NCBI GenBank assembly: GCA_964016885.1
Contig: OZ024749.1
Location: forward strand, 9,362,001 to 9,426,000
Direction: 5' to 3'
Length of the DNA stretch: 64,000 nt
From: Eledone cirrhosa
Lineage: Eukaryota
Position numbers and translations under genes: made by a program. Positions 13,484 to 26,398 of this stretch are shown in pieces (position 1 is the first letter of the stretch; every line of letters starts with the position of its first letter). Below the pieces are notes generated by a model. That model had not been told where the DNA came from and searched no databases. It was given only the letters and a program-made list of their open reading frames with translations.

Positions 13484-13578
13484 TTATAATAATATTGATA
13501 ATAATAATGTCCGTTTACAATTGTTTCGCTACTCCATATAATATTTCTGGATCAGATGACTATATATCATAATTGATC

Positions 13579-15290
13579 GTGGCTTTAGAGGGGGAAGGGG
13601 AACAGTTGACATGATTTTCTCTGTAAGACAAATACAAAAAAAATGTATTGAGCAGTGTGTCCCTCTATATCAAGTCTTTGTCGACCTAACGAAGGCCTTT
13701 GACACAGTTAACAGAGAGGCACTCTGGATAATACTTGGAAAAGTAGGATGTCCACCCAAGTTTGTGAGTATGCTAAAGCAGCTACACAGAAATATGAAAG
13801 CTTGGGTTACCTTCAATGGTCAACTATCTGGGGAAATCCCAATTGACAATGGGGTAAAGCAAGGTGATATTCCTGCTCCTACGCTTTTCTCCATCTTCTT
13901 TGCTGCCTTGCTCCCAATTGCTTTCCATGATTGTGACAGAGACATTCCTTTACAGTTGAGAACTACTGGAAAGGTTTTCAACTTAAGAAGATTTAATGCC
14001 AAGATAAAACCTTTTCAAGCTCTGATCAGAGACCTTCTTTATGCCAATAACACTGACTTTCTAGCACACACAGAAGCTGACATGCAACACATTATGGACC
14101 GTTTCTCATCCTTGTGTACAGCATTTGGGCTTACAATCAGCCTTAAACAGACCAAAATAATGTTTACACCTGGTGCTGGAGAACCATATACTGAACCCCA
14201 TATCATGGTTGATGGAGCCAAGTTGGGTGTAGTAGATAAATTTGTCTACTTGGGTAGCACACTCTCAAATGATGGCTCCTTGAATGCTGAAATACATTTG
14301 CAAATCCAGAAGGCCTCTGTTGCCTTCGGAAAATTGGAAAAGAGAGTTTGGGCAAATCACAACATTCCCAACAATACCAAGGTGTGTGTGTATAGATCAT
14401 GTATTCTGCCAACTCTATTATACTCCGTGGAAACCTGGACGCTATTCCGCAAACACACCATATTGCTTGAACGTTTTCAGCAGAAATCTTTAAGGCACAT
14501 ATTCAACATCAAGTGGCAAGACAGAACTCCTGACATCCATGTTCCTATCAAAGCAGAATGTCCAAGTATTGAGTCCCAAGTAACATCTTCTCAAATGCGC
14601 TGGACAGGACATATCGTCAGCATGAAAGAAAGAAGGATCCCGAAGCAACTGTATTACGGTGGGCTCCATCTTGGAAAAAGGGCTCAAAACTAATCGAAAA
14701 TGAGGTTCAGGAACACACACGAAGAACAATCTCAAAGAGCTGGCATTTGATATAGACAACTGGGAAGGGATAGCTCTAAATAGGGGCTGAGTGAAGAAAG
14801 CGCATAGAAGGCAGTTGCAAGACTTTTAAGGAATGTCGTCTACAACATAAATAATTGAAGCGTCAGCTTTGGAAGGGATGTTCTCACAGTCTTGATGAAG
14901 TCATCAGTAGCTGGACATACAAGTTCTGTCAGCGTGTACTCCTCTCAAAGGCTGGTTATATTAATCACCTGAAGTCACATGAAAGGATAACCACTCACAA
15001 CACCACTCAACAAAGACCTGGTGAAACAATGTATGCAATATGCAACAAGGTGTGTAGAACTAGTTCCGGACTAAAAAAACATATGGTGGTACATAAAGAT
15101 TGTGTCTCAGAGGGTGACCCCACCGGTCCTGAGGAAAGCACAACTCTCTTCTGTCACCTGTCATAAACCATGCAGATCTGCAGCAGGCCTACAAAGTCAT
15201 CTATGAAGTCGTGGATGGGATGATAACAAAGAATCAATAAGAGACGGCAATCGTCTGTGACGATGCTGCAATCCTCATGTATGTATAATG
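13579..15290 (+). mobile_element. RTE/BovB-like LINE, 5'-truncated, decayed
   Basis: ORF 13611-14693: FVDLTKAFD, GVKQG, LLYANN (YADD degenerated), FVYLGS, RWTGH...RIPKQLYYG; downstream C2H2-like fingers; short (TGTA) tail. Confidence 0.92.
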
Positions 15291-15449
15291 AAAATTATTG
15301 TGTACAGTGCCCAGGTGCACTACAACTCATCAAAGATGCATGTATAGTACATAGAATAATGTACAAATGTCAAGAAAGTGAACAGAGTACGAGTCATGAT
15401 ATACACGCAGACACACACGTGTGTGCGTGTGTATGGAAGGGGAATATCA

Positions 15450-17490
15450 GGTGTAGTGTTGGCAAATTTCAGTGATTCAGGTAATGTCTTCGATGAGTTA
15501 ATCACAATAGCTGGAGCTATGGATAAATCCAAATTGGGAGGGCCGGATAAGGCTGTGAGAGTTCCAGAGTGTTTCTCTGACATAGGACACCATCAGTTTG
15601 GTAATGCAACTAGTAAGACTGACAGGATGATAGTTGACAGGCAATGTGCAATCACCCTTTATGAACAGAGGAATGATACTGGCAGTTTTCTGCTGCTTTG
15701 GGGTAACACTGTTGTTAAGGTAGAATTGAAAGAGGAGTAAAAACTGGTGCAGAAGAAATTACCCACCACGTTTGAGAAGCAGGTACGTAACACCATCAAG
15801 ACCAGGAGAGGCATAGTTGTACTTATTCTTAAGGTCATGTCACAGCTTTGCAGGTGTAAATTCCATAGTTGCTATAGAATCTGATGTCAGAGGTGGTGGA
15901 GATGGTACATTTTTATTTTCAGCAGTAAAAATGCCTGCATAGCATTCAACAATAAGTTTTGCACATTCGTTGGGATGCTCAGAAATCAGGCCTGTGTGGG
16001 GATTGCGAAGTTGACAAACTGGAGAATAAGGTCTCTGCTTTGAACGTACATATTTCCAGAAAACTTTGCTGTCAGAGTTGGTTGCTATACACTGTTCAAA
16101 TTTTGCCACTTGCTTGAGATGGTTAGATGATCTATTGCACTTTTTCTATGAACTTCTGATCTATGTAATCTGTATTCCCATTCAGCATTACGATGATCTT
16201 TCCTGGCAAGTTGAACTGCTGCAGTCGCCCAAATTGTGCTTTGGGGATGTTTTTTGTGCTTACGTGGTACTGATGCTGCACATGCTGTCCATATTGAATT
16301 CAGGATGTTCTAAAGTATAGTTTTCACATCTCTAGAGTTGTAATATTCCAGCCAGTTTGGGCGTTGCAGCTTGGTGCAGTAAGAATTCCAGACTGCTTTA
16401 TTCCAGTCAAAACAAGTAGTTTGGAAATGGTTGTAGTTTTTGTTACTGCCCATAAGAAAGAAATTAGCAATGATCATAGCATGATCAAAGTCACCTAAAG
16501 GTTCTTCAGTAGTGATACTAATAACCATTTCAGGAGTAGTGGTAAAGAGCAGATCCAAGGAGTTGTTACCTCTTGTGGGAGAGGTGACTACTTGGGACCA
16601 GTTTGAATCCAGCACTATCTCAAGGAAATCATTTGCTCTTTGTGACTAACGAAATGTTTCCCAATCAATCTCAGGGTAATTGAAGTCACCTGCAATGAAA
16701 ACATAAGTAACTGTTTTCCTGGCAGCATTTCTGAGGATATCAAAAAGCTGTGTGTCTTGATGGTAATTTGGGGGCACAGTAAACAACTTCAAGTAGAAGT
16801 ATTGAAATGGTCATACGTATATTGCAGAAAAATACTTCTTGTTATGATTGGTTCAAATCATCATAAGAAATTGCTGAAAATTTTGAACGAACATAGACCA
16901 TCACACCATCACCATGTCGATTAATGAAGTCTTTGCGAAACAAGTTGTAGCCAGCTATGCTAAAAAAAAACTCACAGTAAAGAATGCTCATTTTCCATGA
17001 CTGTAATGAAATCAAGGTCAATACTTTTGTTGTAAGAATCAAAAAGATGGATCTTGTTACATAAACTACAAGCATTTAAGGACAATAATTTGTATCTGGA
17101 TTTCAGCTTATGATGATATATAGGGGATGGCAGGTTATTGTTGTTTAGTTTCCCACAGCTTTTTCATTGCCAGCTATTGTAGGTACAATATCCTCAGACC
17201 AGCTGGTATCCTTTTTCCATGTCTCACCAGACTTAACAAATTTCCATATGTCCATCGCTGCATAGGCTAAAACTTTCATTCATGTGGTGCTGAGTTGCGA
17301 TTTAAGGAAGCTGCAGCATGTAGCTTTGGGCATATATCATATGCGAGTTTGAAAGGTAATTCGATTTTCATGCCTAGCCTTATCAGAGACTATATCGTAT
17401 GCAGGTCCCTCAATAGAGCTTGCGAATGACAGCCTAATTAGTCTGGGTTTGGGACCTGATCGACCAATGCGGAGAGTACTTTTTGAAGGA
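15450..17490 (-). mobile_element. CR1/Jockey-group LINE remnant: end of ORF1, APE endonuclease, start of RT; 3'-truncated
   Basis: Minus-strand fragments GYNLFRKD...GVMVYV, IAGDFNYPEIDW, PTRGNNSLDLLFT, DHAMI, KVFWKYVRSK, NYHPVSLTSC...QFGF; many stops. Confidence 0.85.
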
Positions 17491-17893
17491 GCAGTCTAGT
17501 ATGCATGTAGGTATATATGCATGTATGTGTGTGTATGTATGTATGTATGTGTGCATGTATGTGTCTATGCATATGTGTATGTATGTATGTATGTGTGTGT
17601 TCATGTGTATGTATGTATGTATGAATGTGTGTCTGTATATGTGTGTGTGTATATGTATTTATGTGTGTATGTAAGCAGCCTAGACAAAATACAAAATTAC
17701 TGCAGACAATATATTATAGATATTATACTTTACAAAACAAAATAATAATACCTTTACAAGAAAATAAAACTGCCAAGCACTCACATTCCTTTCTGCATAT
17801 ATTCATACAACACATGTGTAAGAAGTGTTAGATTAACTGGTACCTGTGCCTCAAGCTTTCTAAGTAAAGTGTGAGAAGAATTGGACATACACC

Positions 17894-17946
<53 letters not shown>

Positions 17947-17947
<1 letters not shown>

Positions 17948-18248
17948 CATCATCATCATCATCAGCATTTTACGTCCACTTTTCCCTGCTTGCAAGGGTG
18001 GGACGGGAACTGATTCTGGCTTGATTTCTACAGCTGGATGCCCTTCCTAACACCAACCTCATTTACAGTGAGTGCTGGGTGCTTTTTTGCCGTGGCTCCT
18101 CCACGACCACTTTACAGTGGAATGATAGGGACCCCAGTCCCTATCATCTCATTTCTACAGCTGAGTAAACTGGAGCAATGTGAAATAAAGTGTCTTGCTC
18201 AAGGAAACAACACATCACCCGGTCTGAGACTTGAACTCACAACCTTTC
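17947..18248 (-). mobile_element. tRNA-derived SINE family 2 with RTE-like 3' tail (head truncated)
   Basis: Reverse complement of 20562-20862; its 3' end matches the RTE ends at 27887-28025 and 57400-57455. Confidence 0.85.
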
Positions 18249-18254
18249 GAATAT

Positions 18255-18440
18255 ATATATATAACAAAGAGGATGTGGTAAGATACCAGGTGCACCATAA
18301 TGCATCAGAGAACTCAATACTTAGGGTAGTAGAGTGGGTAATGTGAAAAGAGTCAGGAGCCAGGCAGCTGAGCTCCGGCCGTTTCGACAGTTAGATCCGA
18401 ACTGATCCGAACAGTCATCGGGGTCCTCACTCTTTTCATA
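18255..18440 (-). mobile_element. PLE-like family E copy within (TA)n
   Basis: Reverse complement of the tail and partial hammerhead seen at 10127 and 22468. Confidence 0.6.
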
Positions 18441-18459
18441 TATATATATAATAATAATA

Positions 18460-18650
18460 ATAATTGTTTCTACTTTTGGCACAAGGCCAGCAATCACGCA
18501 GTACATTACTGGTACTTTATTTTATCGACCCCGTAAGGATGAAAGGCAAAGTTAACCTCGGCGGGTTTTGAACTCGGTCCGTAAAGGGACGTAACTGTGC
18601 TGCAAAGCAGGGCGTCCGACCCTCTACCGATACTGCCAATCCACCACCCT
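18460..18650 (-). mobile_element. SINE family 1 copy
   Basis: Consensus match. Confidence 0.9.
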
Positions 18651-19099
18651 TGAGGATTGAATAATAATAATAAGTTGACAGGACTAACATAAGTTTCACT
18701 GCTAGGACCAGTTGCATCTCAGCGTACTCAATAGGCAAGGTTATGTAAAGATCCCAGAGTAGACACCAGAAGTTATTTGCTTCAATACAACACACATAAA
18801 TGGGTACCATAAATTCATACCCGTGCTCGAGTTTGGCCACACATAATGCAGCAAGAGAGCGCACAGCATCTACTGTCTGCATTTATTATACAATAGTGCA
18901 CAATCGGCGCATGCGACTTCATCAGCAGGTTTTGCCTAATCAATAACAAATCAATCAACAGAATTCAATTCCAGTTCGTGCTGCCTATGGCAGTTAGTGT
19001 GACAGGAGACACAGTAGTAGATTAGCAACTGAAATATTTACGTGTCATCACAATGCTGTCAACCGATTGGCTATTAGTTCAGAAGTTGTGGTATAAAAA

Positions 19100-19672
19100 A
19101 GGAGTGTAGTAGTGGTGGTGGCGGTGGTAGTAATGGTGGTGGTGGTGGCAGTAGTAGTAGTAGTGGTGGTGGTGGCAGTAGTAGTAATAGTAGTAGTAGT
19201 GGTTGTGGGTGCAATAGTGGTAGTAGTAGTGGTGGTGGTGCTAGTAGTGGCAGTAGTAGTAGTGGTAGTGGTGGTAGTAGTAGTAGTGGTAGTAGAGGTT
19301 GTGGTGGCAGTAGTAATAGTAGTAGTAATGGTGGTAGTGGTGGTAGTAGTAGTAGTGGTAGTAGCAGTAGTAGTAGTGGTGTTGTTGATGGTGGTGTAAC
19401 GGAGTGTAGTAGTGGCTCTAGTAGTGGTGGTGATGTAGAAGCTGACGGGGGAGGCAATGGTAAATGCAGGTGGTACTGGCTGTGGTAATATTGGTTGTGG
19501 TGTTAGTATTAGTTGTTGTAGTAGTGGTGGTGGTTTTAGTAGTGGTGGTAGTGGTGGTGGTGGTGGTAGTAGTGGTGGTGGTAGTGGTGGTGGTGGTGGT
19601 TTTAATAGAAGTGGTAGTAGTGATAGTAGTAGTAGTGGTGGTGGTGGTGGTGGTAGTAGTAGTAGTGTAGTG

Positions 19673-19712
<40 letters not shown>

Positions 19713-20195
19713 TAGTGTGGTGGTAGTGGTTTTAATAATGATAGTCGTGGTGGTGGTAGTAGTAGTAGTCGTGGTAGTAGTAGTAGTAGTGTGGTGGTGG
19801 TGGTGGTTTTAATAGTGATAGTTGTGGTGGTGGTAGTTTTAATAGTAGTGATAGTAGTAGTTTGGTGGTGGTTTTAATAGTAGTGGTGGTGGTAGTAGTA
19901 GTGTAGTGGTAGTAGTAGTGGTAGTAGTGTGGTGGTAGTGGTTTTAATAACGATAGTCGTGGTGGTGGTAGTAGTAGTAGTCGTGGTAGTAGTAGTAGTA
20001 GTAGTGTGGTGGTGGTGGTGGTGGTTTTAATAGTGATAGTTGTGGTGGTGGTAGTTTTAATAGTAGTGATAGTAGTAGTGGTGGTTGTTTTAATGGTAGT
20101 GATAGTAGTAGTGGTGGTGGTGGTGGTAGTAGTAGTGGCGGTGGTGGTTGTAGTTGTGGTGGCGGTATTAGAAGTGGCAGTGGTGGTAGAAGTGA
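19100..20195. repeat. (GTA/GTG)n low-complexity tract with an internal ~200 bp duplication
   Basis: Direct inspection. Confidence 0.9.
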
Positions 20196-20307
20196 TTGTT
20201 TCTGAAATAAGTCCGAAATTGATGATTCAAAGTAATTGGGCTGTCGAAGATATCTTACTTCAAAGTTTTTTGTTTTTGAAGAAATGTGTCCGAAGATTTG
20301 TTTTCAA

Positions 20308-20482
20308 ATAATTGTTTCTACTTTTGGCACAAGGCCAGCAATTATCCAATGCATTACTGGTACTTTATTCTATCGACCCCGGAAGGATGAAAGGCAAAGT
20401 TAACCTCGGCGGGATTTGAACTCAAATCATACAGGGAGGTAACTCTATGCTTCAAAGCATGGCATCCGATCCTCTACCGATA
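20308..20482 (-). mobile_element. SINE family 1 copy
   Basis: Consensus match. Confidence 0.88.
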
Positions 20483-20491
20483 GTCCATAAG

Positions 20492-20528
<37 letters not shown>

Positions 20529-20529
<1 letters not shown>

Positions 20530-20861
20530 GGCTTAGTGGTTAGAGCATTGGGCTTGCAATTGAAAGGTTGTGAGTTCAATTCTTGGACCGGGTGATGTGT
20601 TGTTTCCTTGAGCAAGGCACTTTATTTCACATTGCTCCAGTTTACTCAGCTGTAGAAATGAGATGATAGGACTGGGATCCATATCATTCCACTGTAAAGT
20701 GGTTGTGGAGGTGCCACAGCAAAAAAGCACCCAGCACTCACTGTAAATGAGGTTGGTGTTAGGAAGGGCATCCAGCTGTAGAAATCAAGCCAGAATCAGT
20801 TCCCGTCCCACCCTTGCAAGCAGGGAAAAGTGGATGTGAAATGATGATGATGATGATGATG

Positions 20862-20862
<1 letters not shown>
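20529..20862 (+). mobile_element. Near full-length SINE family 2 (tRNA head plus RTE-derived tail)
   Basis: A box tggcttagtgg, B box gagttcaattc, tail cccacccttgcaagcagggaaaagtggatgtgaaat(gat)n. Confidence 0.88.
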
Positions 20863-20905
<43 letters not shown>

Positions 20906-21594
20906 GGTGTATGTCCAATTCTTCTCACACTTTACTTAGAAAGCTTGAAGCACAGGTACCAGTTAATCTAACACTTCTTACCATGATAAAATGCATCCAG
21001 TACACCCTATCAAATGGTAGTGTTGGTGGTGGTAGTGGCAGTGGTGGTGGTAGTGGTGCTGGTGGTGGTGGTAGTAGTGGTTTTGGTGGTGACAGTGGTT
21101 TTGGTGGTAGTGATGATGCTGGTGGTATTACCTGGAAATGCGTAAGGTTCATGTCTTTCTCAAGGCTGTTAGTTAAAAAACTAAACAGAAATGATGATAA
21201 ATAAATTAAAGGACACATTCTCAGCTAAACTTATATTTTATGGTGCTTATTTTGTTGCCAGTAACTTGATGGAAATTGAACATTATTCAATAATGTTAAT
21301 ATAATAAATATATAAATAAAGTTCAATTATTTCAATCATTCTAAACATTATCACATTTTCTATTATTTTCAAACAATTACAGCTAACTTCTCAAGAGAAA
21401 TTTCATTTCCTAAGTTCATTGATTAACTCTTATAAATAAATCTTCCCCCTGACATCTCTGACATGCTCATTATCAGCAAAATATTTCAGATTATTTATCT
21501 CTGGAATAAAATAACAAATTCTGGTTAAAATCTTTCCCTTGACTTCACTCAAATTATTCTATATATATATCAATTTTATATCATTGTTAAGATT

Positions 21595-22080
21595 TAAGGG
21601 AGCACCATGTAGTATATAATTCTGCCATAGCTTGTCCTAAGCCAGGTTGAGAAAGGAGGAAGGTTGGGCAAAGGGCTGGTATGCCTACCCCCATAAAAAG
21701 ACTCATTCATGACAGAAACCACTAAAGTGACCCGTTGCTGTGAGGTTGAAGGAACCAGATTATATAGTAAATGAAGTCTGAAAAGAACAGAAATTAAAAT
21801 GTTGGGAATAGAAATGGAATTAGATGGTTGGGTCATGTGTTGAAGAAGGATGAAAGGAATTGTGTTGGGTGAGAAAAGTGATGGAAACGAATGTGGAAGG
21901 AAGTGGAGGAAGTGGAAAACCAAATAAAACATGACTAAAGATGATGGATCAGGAAATAAAAGCTAAAGATTTGGTGAGAGGCAAAATAGAGAAACATGTA
22001 TAGAGCCCTGCACAGCTAAACCTGATTTAGCAGAGAATGGTCTTAAAATGGTTGTTGTTGTTAATGCTATTGTTGCTGTT
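21595..22080 (+). mobile_element. Internally deleted (non-autonomous) RTE derivative
   Basis: RTE-like 5' UTR (aaggaggaaggttgggcaaagggctggtatgcctacccccataaaa) joined to a decayed GHVLKKDE...GSGKP C-terminus and (GTT)n tail. Confidence 0.55.
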
Positions 22081-22361
22081 GTATATGTGTGTGAGTGTAT
22101 GGGTATACTTACATGTATGTTGTCTTATTGTGAACAAATCTCTACTATACAACTCAAAGATGAAAAAAGAATTATTATTTTCATCAGCTTTGGGATATCA
22201 CAAGCCCCAGTGTAGTAAAAATAAGGGGATACTGGCCTCAATCATTTATCTACACCCTCATTAATAAGATTAGGTTGAAATATCTTTACTATGGCTAATG
22301 ATTTCATATCCAATCATTATTTTTTAACATACATGAGGAAACCATCCACACACTCACAGAT

Positions 22362-22402
<41 letters not shown>

Positions 22403-22407
<5 letters not shown>

Positions 22408-22588
22408 AAAATGTTTAACCCCGACGGCAGAGCTCAAGCTGTTTCGGCGGCTATTTCTGGACTACTAGTCGAAACGGCTTGAGCTCTACCGTCAGGGTTA
22501 AACATTTTCCTATTACCCACTCTACTACCCTAAGTATTGAGTACTCTGGTGCGTTATGGTCCATCTGGTTCCTTATCACACCTCCTTC

Positions 22589-22591
<3 letters not shown>
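22403..22591 (+). mobile_element. PLE-like family E: short inverted arms (22403-22450 / 22468-22513) plus tail, in (TA)n
   Basis: Inverted repeat visible directly; each arm carries GAAA, stem III and the GUC site. Confidence 0.7.
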
Positions 22592-22657
<66 letters not shown>

Positions 22658-24314
22658 ATGTATATATATATATGTATGTATGTATGCTTTTAATTCAGAT
22701 GAAAGACTTGTGTCATTTCAAACAAATTAAAAACCACACATATTTTGTTTGATTATGAAAAATAATCTCACAAATTAGGCACAAAAGCCTGTGGATGGAA
22801 AAAAGTTGACAGCACTGCCCTTTTATGCCAAGTTTGTTAGACTATTTTTCATAGTAAAAAAAATACATGTGTTGAGGTTTCTAATACTAGGTTAATTTTC
22901 AATAAATACATATCTGCTCAATGTTTCCAAAAATAGATCAAATTAAAACCATTTCAAATATATTTATGAATATTAATTAATCAGTATTTTTATTTATGTT
23001 ACTTTTTTTTTTTTTTTGCTTAAATAGTAATTACAAATAAACCAATAAGATCTTTTTTTATGAAGACACTGGACAAGAAATTTGAAATCTATTTGTTTTT
23101 CATATGGAAAGCTGCCACAATGCATATGTTAAGTATAAAATAGTCAAATAAATTGAATAAATTACCAGTGGAAATTGTAGGAATGGGGGTGTCTTCATAA
23201 AACACCTCCAAGTTTGTTAACATTTCTAATCAATTTGTTAAGGCGGGAGAAGGTTGGTTGGGTGCTTTGGTGTAATGGTTATCAGAACTATCCAGCATAC
23301 AACAGATGCGCAGTTCATTTCTCACAAACATCTGTCTACTTTTTTTTTTTCACCTCTAAGGGTAATTTATTCAATTTATTTAAATAGTTTATGGCAACTT
23401 TTCATAAGAAAATCAAATAAATAATAATTACAATTATTTCATTTTGAAGAATTAGTGTCTTTTTCCATAGTAGCAATGTCTCTTCAAACGTTTTCAATAA
23501 GAAATTAATCTTCTCCCATCTAATGTTTAATTTTAATTGCTTCCTATAATTTGTAACTATTATTTTGGTCTTTCATCTGATGGGTTTTCTTGCCATCAAT
23601 CCATCTTATTAATACCTTTTCTTTCCTTTATGAATATTTATTTATACATCATAGTATTTTATTTCATTTAGAAGTCTCATTTATAAGAGTCTATATTTAT
23701 ATTCTTCCATTTACAATATAGTGTTAATATAGCAATAAAATCTTCATAGAAAATCTGAGATAAAATTGAAGACAATTTGTAGGATAAATCATACACCATA
23801 AGTAATTGCTATGTTTGGTTTGAAGCTCTTACTCAAATATATTTTATTCTACTCAATATAATTTTAATTTTTTCTTATTAAAGTTTGTATCTTTCTTCAT
23901 TCTAGGATTTCTAAAAGAAAATAAGGAAATTGTATCAGTAAGATATTGGTTATAAATTATTTATAATATCCTTCTTATATGATATTAGTCTTATGTCAAA
24001 GTAAAATAAGTCATTATTTATCTTGAGGATATCTAAAGACTGTCTACTATTCAGCTTAATGTTGTCTACCATATATCTAAGAATTAATAGAAGTTAACCC
24101 TTTTATTATCATATTTCTAATGAAAGACACTGACTATGATTTTCAAATAATTTTGAACATAATCAAGAATTTGGAAGGATTCAGTGTATAAATCTAACTT
24201 CCTCATTATCTACCTGGTGTTTGGAGGAAATTTTGATTGAAGCTCCAAACACAATTTTCTATCATCAAACCAGGTGTGGTCTCAGGTGGTTTGGTATCAA
24301 AAGAGTTAGTGATA

Positions 24315-25785
24315 AGGATTTCTACTCTAGGCACATTTTGGGGTAGAAGAAAAGTTGATTACATTGACCCAAGTACTTGTCTTGTACTTTACTTTATAGA
24401 CCCGAAATGGATGACAAGCAAAGTTGCCCTCAGTAGGATTTGAATTCAGAATGAAAAGAGCTGGAACAAATAGCGCAAAGCATTTGTTCCGACACTCTAA
24501 TGATTCTACCAATCCACCACCACCAAAAGAATTAATATATTCAAGTAATTACAATTCTTACACACTTATTACACATTCAGGTGGTAAACCGGCAGAGGTG
24601 CTAGAACATCAGATAGAATGCTTTGAAGTATTCATTCCATCTCTTTGCTCTCTCAGTTCAAATTTTGCCAATGTCAACTTTGCTTTTCATCCATACAATG
24701 TCAATAAAAAAAAGTACTGGTCTCGTACTGGAGTCAATTCTTCCTCTGTATCTCTTTCTCACCTCCATTCTTTCCCTCTCTCTCCTTCCCTGGAAGAAAT
24801 CTGCTGTATTCAGATCTGGAGAGGAGATGAGCTCTGCCAGGTTTTAAAAAATGCCCTAGAAATGCCGTATGTTAGTACAGCACCCCTACAACTCCATCAG
24901 GAGTTATGGAACCATACATACACACACTTATTTAATTTGTTTCTTTGTGTCATTGAAATAAATCTCCATATTATTTCCTTGTTACATAGTCCAGTGTGAA
25001 AGTTGTTGCTACATGTATAATAATTGTTTCTACTTTTGGCACAAGACCAGCAATTACCCAGTGTATTACTGGTACTTTATTTTATCGACCCCGTAAGGAT
25101 GAAAGGCAAAGTTAACCTCGGCGGGATTTGAACTCAGACCATAAAGGGCTGTAACTCTTTGTTGCAAAACATGGCGTCAGACCCTCTACCGATACTGCCA
25201 ATCCACCGCTAATAATTGTTTCTACTTTTGGCACAAGGCCAGCAATTACCCAGTACATTACTGGTACTTTATTTTATCGACCCCGTAAGGATGAAAGGCA
25301 AAGTTAACCTCGGCGGGATTTGAACTCACCGCTAATAATGGTCTTTAGAAAGACATCATAGTTATTATTTCTTGTAGCCAATCCCACCAAGATTAGCTTT
25401 GCCTTTCCTCCTTACAGGGTCGATATAATAAAGTACCAGTAACGAACTGGGCTCGATTTAATCGACTTTCCCCTTCCCCTAAATTGCTGGCCTTTTACCT
25501 AAATTAGAAATCATTATTTCTTGTAGCCAGACTTTATAACTCTCTGGTTTCATAACTATGCTAGAAATTATTATAATGTGAAAATATTGGGAAGTGGACT
25601 GGCAATACTGGTGGAGTGTCAGACGAAGTGCTTTGCAGCATATAGTTACATCCTTTTACGTTCTGAATTCAAATCCTGCCAAGGATTTCATAAAATAAAG
25701 TACCAGTAATACACAGGGGTTGATTTAATTGACTTTCCTCTTCCCAAAAATTGTTGGCCTTGTGCCTAAATCAGAAACCATTATC
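24315..25785. mobile_element. Cluster of six SINE family 1 copies of mixed age and orientation
   Basis: Approx. 24315-24520 (-), 24580-24735 (+), 25019-25210 (-), 25211-25332 (-), 25378-25517 (+), 25590-25785 (+). Confidence 0.82.
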
Positions 25786-26054
25786 ATGTGAATATAGCTC
25801 CCAATCTTGTATACCTTCGTTAATTAGATCATTAAATCAGTTTTGTGCTGCCTTAACAGAAATTGGAATGAGTTTGCATACAGTTATTTATGTATGTGTG
25901 TAAGTATGTGAGTGTGTGTGTTTGTGAGTATGTGTTTCTTGTGGATTTATGTGTATGTGTGTCTGTGAATTTAATCATCTATCTACCTGTCTGTTTATCA
26001 AACTATGTGTGTCTACCTGGTTTCATATTCCACAAAATATTTATATTTGAAATT

Positions 26055-26230
26055 ATCAAAGGTATATATCAAAATAGTCTCTTACAATAAAATAGCTCTA
26101 AGAAAGAGATTTTTCCGAGTCGTATATTATAATTGAATATAAAAGAATTATAATATACGGCTCGGAAAAATTAGAGCTATTTTATTGTAAGAGACTATTT
26201 TGAGTTCCTAACTCAATATATACCTTTGAT
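26055..26230. repeat. Long bulged inverted repeat (fold-back hairpin)
   Basis: 26055-26067/26218-26230, 26069-26100/26172-26203 and 26109-26134/26146-26171 are reverse complements. Confidence 0.9.
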
Positions 26231-26398
26231 ATATTCAGCTCCGTTAATTTGTTGAACTATTTCTAATGTCCAATAAACCTGGCTGCTATTTTTAGTGGTG
26301 TAAGTTTGTGAGACACGCTAAGATACCATGTGTATTATTATATATAGCACACTATTCAGTTTCTTAATATACTTAGAAGTGTCTAGGATACTAATTTG

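Noticed and set aside
18905-18930. Minus-strand CTGATGA followed by a hairpin
   Set aside because: No GAAA after the stem.
20529-20600. tRNA gene
   Set aside because: A and B boxes are present but continue into a multi-copy SINE body with no complete cloverleaf; it is a SINE head.
23906-23937. Possible 32-bp exon (ttcttcattctAG...TCA|GTAAGA; GFLKENKEIVS)
   Set aside because: Splice signals are plausible, but it ends in phase 0, which puts exon 42827 into a stop-containing frame. I found no compensating exon; RNA-seq is needed.
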